59,214 nt of DNA from Bradymonadaceae bacterium (lineage in GTDB: Bacteria; Myxococcota_A; Bradymonadia; Bradymonadales; Bradymonadaceae). A program made the translations under genes and the position numbers. Shown here piece after piece: positions 53,755 to 59,214 of the stretch. Below the pieces are notes generated by a model. That model was given only the letters and a program-made list of their open reading frames with translations. It searched no databases and was not told where the DNA came from. The stretch is taken from positions 1 through 59,214 of the forward strand of contig JBBKVQ010000273.1 in assembly GCA_037968515.1 (NCBI GenBank). Direction: 5' to 3'. The first letter of the stretch is position 1. Each line of letters starts with the position of its first letter.

Positions 53755-53798
53755 CTACTTGCATAGACTATAACCACCCTGCTACGGTTGGCAAGTAG
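53755..53798 (-). promoter_or_regulatory. Candidate ytfE promoter (TTGCCA - 16 nt - TATAGT on the minus strand, + coordinates 53767-53794) bracketed by the 8-bp inverted repeat 'ctacttgc'/'gcaagtag'
   Basis: The hexamers and inverted-repeat arms (53755-53762 and 53791-53798) were read directly. One arm overlaps the -35 element and the other sits just downstream of the -10, which is an operator-like geometry. Confidence 0.4.
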
Positions 53799-53985
53799 CC
53801 AGATCCCGGCGAGTGTCGGGGAAGCCGACCTCATTGGCCCCAGTTTTCGGCGGTAGAATCGCGGCCTGTCCTGTTGTTCGGGAAAGTCGTGGACGATATC
53901 TTCGAGACCGAAGAAGCCCTCGAGCTAGTTGCGGGACCCGGATCACGTCGCCGCTTTTTTTGACCCATCGATATGAGCCTTACCG

Positions 53986-54651
53986 GTGCAAAACATGACT
54001 GAGACGAAAAACGACTCGAGAGCCATAGTTCTAGCGGAGCTACGCCGACGTACTGATATGACGATCGATGAAGTAGTGGAATCGACTGGCCTATCAAAAA
54101 CAGCCGCCCGGGCCCATCTGATACGCATGGAGCGCGACAACATCATCGTGCGTGTAGAGCCCGAGATCGACGGTCCGGGACGACCACCGGCCTCGTTCCA
54201 ACTGACTGAACACGGCGCATCGTTGTTCCCGACTGCCGACGCCACGCTGCTGGCTCGCCTACTGGTCTACCTGAGCGAACACGAGGCGGAGGCGCTGATA
54301 ACCGGTTTTTTTGAAGAGCTTTGGGCGGATAGGATGACCGCGTTGCAAGCGGCGCTGGGTGGAGATTTGCAGGCCGCAACGCTCCAGGACCGAATTGCCG
54401 CCGTCGAACGATCGTTGGAAGGCGATGATTTTATGCCGGTCATCGAGCTATCCAGGCGCGACAACGGTACCGATGTTGTGAACGTGCGTGAATGCAATTG
54501 CCCCTTTCGAACCGCTGCAGATGCGAACCGAGCACCTTGTCGGCTTGAAGTGGAATTCTTGTCCAAGGCTTTGGGCGCCACCCCCAAAAGAATCGCGATT
54601 GCTCGGAATCGCAGAGAACGCTGCGACTTCGAATTTGTCATCAATCAATGA
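53986..54651 (+). CDS. Winged-helix (ArsR/DeoR-type) transcriptional regulator with a C-terminal Cys cluster (SufR-like)
   Basis: 221 aa. The N-terminal wHTH is 'TIDEVVESTGLSKTAARAHLIRMERDNII...GRPPASFQLTEHG'. The C-terminal 'CNCPF-x12-C' resembles Fe-S-sensing SufR-type regulators. It is divergent from ytfE. Confidence 0.65.
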   Translation: MQNMTETKNDSRAIVLAELRRRTDMTIDEVVESTGLSKTAARAHLIRMERDNIIVRVEPEIDGPGRPPASFQLTEHGASLFPTADATLLARLLVYLSEHEAEALITGFFEELWADRMTALQAALGGDLQAATLQDRIAAVERSLEGDDFMPVIELSRRDNGTDVVNVRECNCPFRTAADANRAPCRLEVEFLSKALGATPKRIAIARNRRERCDFEFVINQ

Positions 54652-54776
54652 AGTTCGTGTCCCTCTGACGTTGGGAAATACCAAAAAACCATCTTTGGCA
54701 CGGTCCGCGCCGGAGCATCAGCTAAATTAGAGTCCAACGGTCGCACGTAGCGATTGGCCACGACCACGGACCAGAC

Positions 54777-55403
54777 ATGAAGCTTGAGTTGGGGGAGATC
54801 AAAATGGACTCCGAGAGCGGCGTTCAAATCGGCACCACCGAGTGTTCCGGTCGACGCATAATTGTGCAGGTGGTCGATCCTCAACCCGTGCCGCAAACCA
54901 TGTCCCATCCGAATCAGATCTGGCCGGCGGCGATGATCGTTCCGGTTCTGGCGACGGCCGTTTTTGCCGTGCTAGCTGTGCTTCTATTCTTGAGCGGACA
55001 ACCCATTTGGTTGGTAGCTTTTTTATATTTCACACTGCAAATCCCAGCGACCGCGTTTTTCCTGTCGGCCCGTTCAAGGGCCGCGGCCGTCCAACAAGCC
55101 CACACGGCCCTTGAGTCGTTTACGAAAGACCAGATGCGACTGCGTGAATTCTTGGCCAAACCCCAAGGTAGCCAAACCATTTCGCAAATCTGCAGGCAGC
55201 TGGCCTTGCCGGAAAACAGAGCTGTGGAGCTCGTTCATTCGCTGCTGACGTCGCAGCAGGTGGAAGAAGATGTCGACTTAGAGACCGGTCATTTTGTCTA
55301 TCGCACGGCCGAAAAAATCCAAATCGACCCCGATCATAAATCGGCGGCCGAACGAATTGAAAAAACCCAAAAGCAACAAAAAGTGACAAAGGAATTAAGA
55401 TGA
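54777..55403 (+). CDS. Hypothetical membrane protein with a C-terminal wHTH-like soluble domain
   Basis: It has two hydrophobic helices followed by '[30 protein letters not shown]'. The start is uncertain: an alternative ATG at 54900 ('MSHPNQIW') lies just before the first helix. Confidence 0.5.
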   Translation: MKLELGEIKMDSESGVQIGTTECSGRRIIVQVVDPQPVPQTMSHPNQIWPAAMIVPVLATAVFAVLAVLLFLSGQPIWLVAFLYFTLQIPATAFFLSARSRAAAVQQAHTALESFTKDQMRLREFLAKPQGSQTISQICRQLALPENRAVELVHSLLTSQQVEEDVDLETGHFVYRTAEKIQIDPDHKSAAERIEKTQKQQKVTKELR

Positions 55404-55789
55404 GAAACAAAACCACTGCCTTCATCCTCGCCTGGTTCTTGGGCGGCTTCGGCGCCCACAAGTTCTATTTGGGCGAAAACGGGGCAGGGATGCTCTACTT
55501 TTTGTTCTGTTGGACCCTCATACCCGGGCTTTTGGCCTTTTTCGAGGGCATCGTCTACCTGTCGATGAACGAAGCGAATTTTAATATCAAATATAATAAT
55601 GTGGCTGGCTACTTCCCAGGTCACGCGCCGCCGCAGCAGCAACATCAAATCGCGCAGAGCGTTACTGTTCATGTTCCTCAGCAAGGTGGCGACGTGGTGG
55701 CACAACTGGAGAAACTCGCCGCACTAAGGCAAACGGGGGCGTTGACCGACGAGGAGTTTTCGGCCCACAAAGCGAAATTACTTTCGTAA
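55400..55789 (+). CDS. TM2-domain / SHOCT-domain membrane protein
   Basis: ATGA overlap with the upstream gene. The TM2 motif is '[19 protein letters not shown]'. The C-terminal SHOCT motif is '[26 protein letters not shown]'. Confidence 0.8.
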   Translation: MRNKTTAFILAWFLGGFGAHKFYLGENGAGMLYFLFCWTLIPGLLAFFEGIVYLSMNEANFNIKYNNVAGYFPGHAPPQQQHQIAQSVTVHVPQQGGDVVAQLEKLAALRQTGALTDEEFSAHKAKLLS

Positions 55790-55903
55790 GCTCGAGGGCG
55801 ACTAAATCATCCGAACCTATCGAATTTGCCTCATAATTTGTGTGCGGTATAACCCCACAAATGGTTACGCAATCGTTCCGACGGGAACAAACACGAGGTT
55901 ATT

Positions 55904-56209
55904 ATGAATCGAGTATTCGGATCGGTGTCACTCCTTACAGCAATATTTTTTTGCGGCTGCGGCGCACAACAGGCTTCGGCGCGAGACGAACTACCCATGG
56001 AAAACGTCACGCAATGCCAGAGCCTTTGTAGCTCGGTCAACATGACACTGGGTGCCGTTGTGGTGGTCGCAAATCAAACAGGCTGCGTCTGTGAGGTCTC
56101 TGGACGCTCGGACGCCGGAGGAAGCTCTTCAGTCACTGGTGGAGCCGTCGTGCAAGTGCTCAAACAAAGATCGGAGCAACAAAGGCAGCAGCAACAAATT
56201 ACGAAATGA
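55904..56209 (+). CDS. Small lipoprotein (hypothetical)
   Basis: 101 aa with GAGG upstream, lipobox 'IFFCGC' and a Gln-rich C-terminus. Confidence 0.5.
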   Translation: MNRVFGSVSLLTAIFFCGCGAQQASARDELPMENVTQCQSLCSSVNMTLGAVVVVANQTGCVCEVSGRSDAGGSSSVTGGAVVQVLKQRSEQQRQQQQITK

Positions 56210-56301
56210 ACGCTGGCTGCTCTCAATCCTGAGCAAGTTGCACCGCACCCTTGGCGCAAGATGAACATCTTAAGGTGAATCGTCACGCCAGGAGGTCATC
56301 G

Positions 56302-57204
56302 ATGGCTGAGTCAATGTTTGGTGAGGTCCGTACCGACGTTTCGTGGAAACGACGTTCCTTGAACGAAAACGAGCTGCAAGGGAAACGTGTTGCTGTGGTG
56401 GGAGGCACGGGCGGCATCGGTCAAGCGATGGCTCAGGCCATGCTCGCCAAAGGCGCCGACGTCACCATCATAGGCCGGACCTTCCGGGACAAAAAACATC
56501 CACGCCTGAAGTTCTTGCAAGCCGACCTCTCGAACCTCGCCGCCGCTAGGGAAGTCGCCAAACAGCTTGAGCCCGAGACCCTCGATTTCTTGCTGATGAC
56601 TCAGGGTATTTTTGCCGGGAAAAAGCGACAAACCAACGCCGCGGGCATCGAGCTGGACATGGCGGTGAGCCACCTAAGCCGTTCGGTGATTCTTCATGAG
56701 ATAGCCCAAAGCCTTGGCGCTGACCGTAAAGATCAAACTCTCAAGCCACGCGTCTTTATCTGGGGCCTGCCGGGACCCAAAAAATCCGCGACTGTCGAAG
56801 ACCTCAACTCCGAGAACTACGTCTGGCATGTCGCCCACGCCAACACGGTGGTCGCCAATGAGGCCCTTGTCTTGGACGCCGCTCAATCCTATCCGCACCT
56901 CAATATCTACGGGATGAATCCGGGGATTATCAGCTCAGAAATCATGTCGGGTTACCTTGGAAACGGCATCCTTCTGAAGCTCCAGCAGACGATTATGGGC
57001 GTAATCTTCCAGAGTGCGGACCAATACGCCGCCAAACACCTACCGCTTTTGGTCTCACCGGACCTAGAGGCATATTCTGGGGCAATGTTCGGTCGTTATG
57101 CCGACTTCATAAACAGCAACTCAATGCTAGCCGACCCGGCGTATCTCGCGAGAGTCACCGCCGAGTCCGAGGCCCTCATAAAACAGGGCCTGGCTAAGGC
57201 TTGA
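56302..57204 (+). CDS. Short-chain dehydrogenase/reductase (SDR) family oxidoreductase
   Basis: ATG at 56302 follows AGGAGG. The Rossmann motif is 'VAVVGGTGGIGQAMA'. Length is about 300 aa. Confidence 0.75.
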   Translation: MAESMFGEVRTDVSWKRRSLNENELQGKRVAVVGGTGGIGQAMAQAMLAKGADVTIIGRTFRDKKHPRLKFLQADLSNLAAAREVAKQLEPETLDFLLMTQGIFAGKKRQTNAAGIELDMAVSHLSRSVILHEIAQSLGADRKDQTLKPRVFIWGLPGPKKSATVEDLNSENYVWHVAHANTVVANEALVLDAAQSYPHLNIYGMNPGIISSEIMSGYLGNGILLKLQQTIMGVIFQSADQYAAKHLPLLVSPDLEAYSGAMFGRYADFINSNSMLADPAYLARVTAESEALIKQGLAKA

Positions 57205-57250
57205 GTTTCGAATCATCCGGTAAGCTGCCGTTGTACTGGGTCGGTTTTCA

Positions 57251-57450
57251 GATCGATGGCTGTGATTGGTTTGTGTGGTTTTAGGAGGCTGTCGTACAAG
57301 GATCGATGACGAGGTTGTTTTTGTGATTGGTCCGCGAGCCTTATGGCTCGCATTTGATGGGTCCGCGAGACTTATGGCTCGCATGTGTCTGAATAATCGC
57401 GGGAATCGCATGCAGGCCATAGGGCCTGCGCACCAAGCGCAGAATCACAG
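57251..57450 (+). repeat. REP/BIME-like composite repeat, copy C
   Basis: One 61-63-bp-type unit ('ggaggctgtcgtacaaggatcgatgacgaggttgtttttgtgattggtcc') is followed by two 'gcgag(c/a)c-ttat-ggctcgc' hairpins (57334-57351 and 57364-57381). The core hairpins lie at 57412-57429 and 57426-57442, with terminus 'gaatcacag'. Over the core it is nearly identical to 46148-46273. Confidence 0.9.
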
Positions 57451-57498
57451 AAAAAGGACGACTTAAGTCATCATCTGTTTCAGACAAAGGAAGTTTGA

Positions 57499-57915
57499 AT
57501 GAAGATACACACAACAAATTACCAAAACACGTTTATTGAGGCGGCAGAGGATTGTCCCGTCGAAGCAGCGGAAGTCCCGCCGACAAAGGGAGACAAAAAA
57601 TCCGTCGCCAACCTGCAGTTTGAGCTTCTCGAGAAGAGTCCTTATAAATTCACTTCCGATGAGGTTATTTTTCAAGTTTTTGCGCTCAGAAAAAACTTAG
57701 AAAAAGACGATTACGAATCCGAACGCGCAAGCTTTTTCTCGAAAGGACAGCCCTGTTTCCGGGCGTCGCCGCTGACTAAGAGGTATGGGTTTGGACTTCA
57801 TGCGGATGAGCATGGAAAGATTGCGTTATTCGGCATGGAAACAGAGGATTACGCGAGATTTCTAGCTGATAAGTCGATCAAAAAAGTCAAAGCCATGCGG
57901 TCTTCAAAGGCTTAG
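57499..57915 (+). CDS. Conserved hypothetical small protein (resembles DUF6157-type proteins, from memory)
   Basis: 138-aa ORF with AAGGAAG upstream. 'MKIHTTNYQNTFIEAAEDCP' is N-terminal. The sequence is visibly more AT-rich than its neighbours. Confidence 0.6.
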   Translation: MKIHTTNYQNTFIEAAEDCPVEAAEVPPTKGDKKSVANLQFELLEKSPYKFTSDEVIFQVFALRKNLEKDDYESERASFFSKGQPCFRASPLTKRYGFGLHADEHGKIALFGMETEDYARFLADKSIKKVKAMRSSKA

Positions 57916-57978
57916 AAATGTTGAGTAGAAATGCTCGGTCGATTCACCAACCGAGAGAAATAGGGTTGGCATATCAAC

Positions 57979-58614
57979 TCACCAATTATTATCGTCCGTA
58001 TCGTCGTCCATCGCGTGATCTAAATCGATGGATCCGACCGCGTCATCCGACAAACCAGAGGCAATCGTTGTTAAGTCTCGGATATACGTCTCAAGAGTGG
58101 CAGCATCTGCAATTACGGTCGGACATTCAAAAGTAAGCTTGTTATCTGCGATTAAAAACGAGCCGTTTTTAATTTCGACGAGCAGCCCCAAACCCTCTTG
58201 GATTCTTATCCGGCGAGCCCAATCGTAAACTTCGGCTTCGTTGTGCGCCCTGACCAATAGTTTGGAATCTAGGCGATGCAGACCCAGCTGCACATCTTGG
58301 GATCCCGCCAATTTTGCCATTTTATTAAAAACGCCCTCGGCTGTGATCGATAGACCGGCAGGCAGGTCTCCCTTGATCTCCATCACAAAATGCGTGTGCT
58401 GGGAGCGGTTTTTTTCCGGTCCTCGCACGATGATGCTAACCACCAGCGGAATACCCGTGAGGGTTCCACTAATCTGGTCCTCTTGAGATCTCAAACCAAG
58501 ACGTTCCGCGACCGATCGCCAGGCTGCTTTGCGCTTCTTGGTAAAATGGTGGGAAGCCGCCATTAAAATGGCTACGAGGCCGGCAAACACGGCGAACATG
58601 ATCGGAACTTCCAT
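57979..58614 (-). CDS. Hypothetical N-terminally anchored membrane protein with an acidic C-terminus
   Basis: 211 aa with an N-terminal helix 'IMFAVFAGLVAILMAA' and a C-terminal 'DDDTDDNNW'. Confidence 0.5.
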   Translation of the reverse strand: MEVPIMFAVFAGLVAILMAASHHFTKKRKAAWRSVAERLGLRSQEDQISGTLTGIPLVVSIIVRGPEKNRSQHTHFVMEIKGDLPAGLSITAEGVFNKMAKLAGSQDVQLGLHRLDSKLLVRAHNEAEVYDWARRIRIQEGLGLLVEIKNGSFLIADNKLTFECPTVIADAATLETYIRDLTTIASGLSDDAVGSIDLDHAMDDDTDDNNW

Positions 58615-58772
58615 GAGCCTGACCCTTCACTTTGCGATTAACTGAAGAAAGAACGAGTGTCGCCCGCTTCAAGGCGGTGAACGCCAAAAGTCTTTCTATC
58701 ACAGGGCCAGCGCCCGTCACAGAATCAGCGCCGAGGCCCGAGCCTGGCCTGCGCTACCAGTTTTGAGTCAAA

Positions 58773-58847
58773 TCGAAGGTCCGTAAGGAAAAAATACCGA
58801 CGGCCTGTCGCACATTATCGCACATTATGGTACACACCGACCTTCGA
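58773..58847 (+). promoter_or_regulatory. 9-bp inverted repeat ('tcgaaggtc'/'gaccttcga') enclosing a tandem decamer (tcgcacatta x2), just upstream of the RBS of the last gene
   Basis: Arms lie at 58773-58781 and 58839-58847, and the direct repeat at 58808-58827. GGAGGA is at 58850-58855 and the ATG at 58860. Confidence 0.35.
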
Positions 58848-58859
58848 ATGGAGGACTAA

Positions 58860-59214
58860 ATGTTGAAACACCTACTGTTAATTACTGTTGTTTTCTCGGT
58901 AGCTTGCGCCGAGCCTGATTCCACGCCGTCCGCGAAGACGAGCGCCGATCCTGACTCCGAGTTTGTCGGCGATAAAGCCGATGGCCTGAGCAATCGATGG
59001 ACGACGATTGTTGGCGAATTGACGCCCAACGAAATGTTGGCCGGAGAGATCGATTACCCAGAGTGGTTCCATGGATACACGATCGAGCTCGCGGCCAGCA
59101 CAACAGTCGACCTCGAGTTCCTCGCAACTCAAGACAGCTTGGTTCGTGTATACGGCCCGTCCTACCGCAAAGCGCGTGACGGTCGACCTCTGTTTCGCTC
59201 ATCGATCCTCAAGG
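58860..59214 (+). CDS. Secreted lipoprotein, 5' partial (runs off the window end)
   Basis: This open frame is absent from the supplied track because it has no stop. 'MLKHLLLITVVFSVACAEPDS' is a signal peptide plus lipobox. It continues for 118 codons without a stop, through 'GEIDYPEWFHGYTIELAASTTVDLEF', which is pre-peptidase-C-terminal-like. Confidence 0.6.
   Translation, partial: MLKHLLLITVVFSVACAEPDSTPSAKTSADPDSEFVGDKADGLSNRWTTIVGELTPNEMLAGEIDYPEWFHGYTIELAASTTVDLEFLATQDSLVRVYGPSYRKARDGRPLFRSSILK

Noticed and set aside
1-59214. Window as a prophage, integrative element or classical defence island
   Set aside because: No integrase, transposase, recombinase, phage structural gene, restriction-modification, Cas, toxin-antitoxin or nucleotide-signalling defence gene could be recognised. 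Gene content is core metabolism plus envelope and secreted proteins.

Overview
This 59.2-kb window is a chromosomal segment from a moderately GC-rich Gram-negative bacterium. Its gene content points to a Myxococcota/Bradymonadia-like, possibly predatory, lineage, but that is inference only. The supporting traits are a Hanks-type Ser/Thr kinase, PEGA, PKD-like and TSP3 modules, many Cys-lipobox lipoproteins with low-complexity tethers, and 'GC..-TM-RRR' C-terminal tails resembling MYXO-CTERM. I call about 55 protein-coding genes. Housekeeping genes include ychF, trhO, bcp, an acyl-CoA synthetase, DAHP synthase with ubiE/menG and a thioesterase, dbpA, a YedK/SRAP peptidase, an SDR and a BI-1 family protein. 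Stress genes include an HSP90-family ATPase, OsmC, and the RIC/YtfE di-iron protein with a cupin. There is an unusually large set of exported proteins: endonuclease I, prolyl oligopeptidase, an M16 peptidase, a LAS/M15-like hydrolase, two large lipoproteins of unknown function, two OMP-like barrels, a 2018-aa PKD-repeat lipoprotein, and two Tat-signal OmpA-like paralogs. By eye I saw no rRNA, tRNA, CRISPR array, integrase, transposase or recognisable defence or phage genes. The structures not explained by ordinary annotation are listed here.
- A hairpin-rich REP/BIME-like composite repeat family occurs at three intergenic loci (44.7, 46.0-46.5 and 57.3 kb).
- An in-frame TAG interrupts an otherwise intact bcp.
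- A divergent HSP90-like gene is translationally coupled to two paralogous Cys-containing helical proteins.
- That operon converges on a membrane Ser/Thr kinase and zinc-ribbon operon.
- An OMP / transglutaminase-like / OMP / giant-adhesin locus carries a C-terminal sorting tail.

All functional calls come from motif recognition by eye, and no database search was run.
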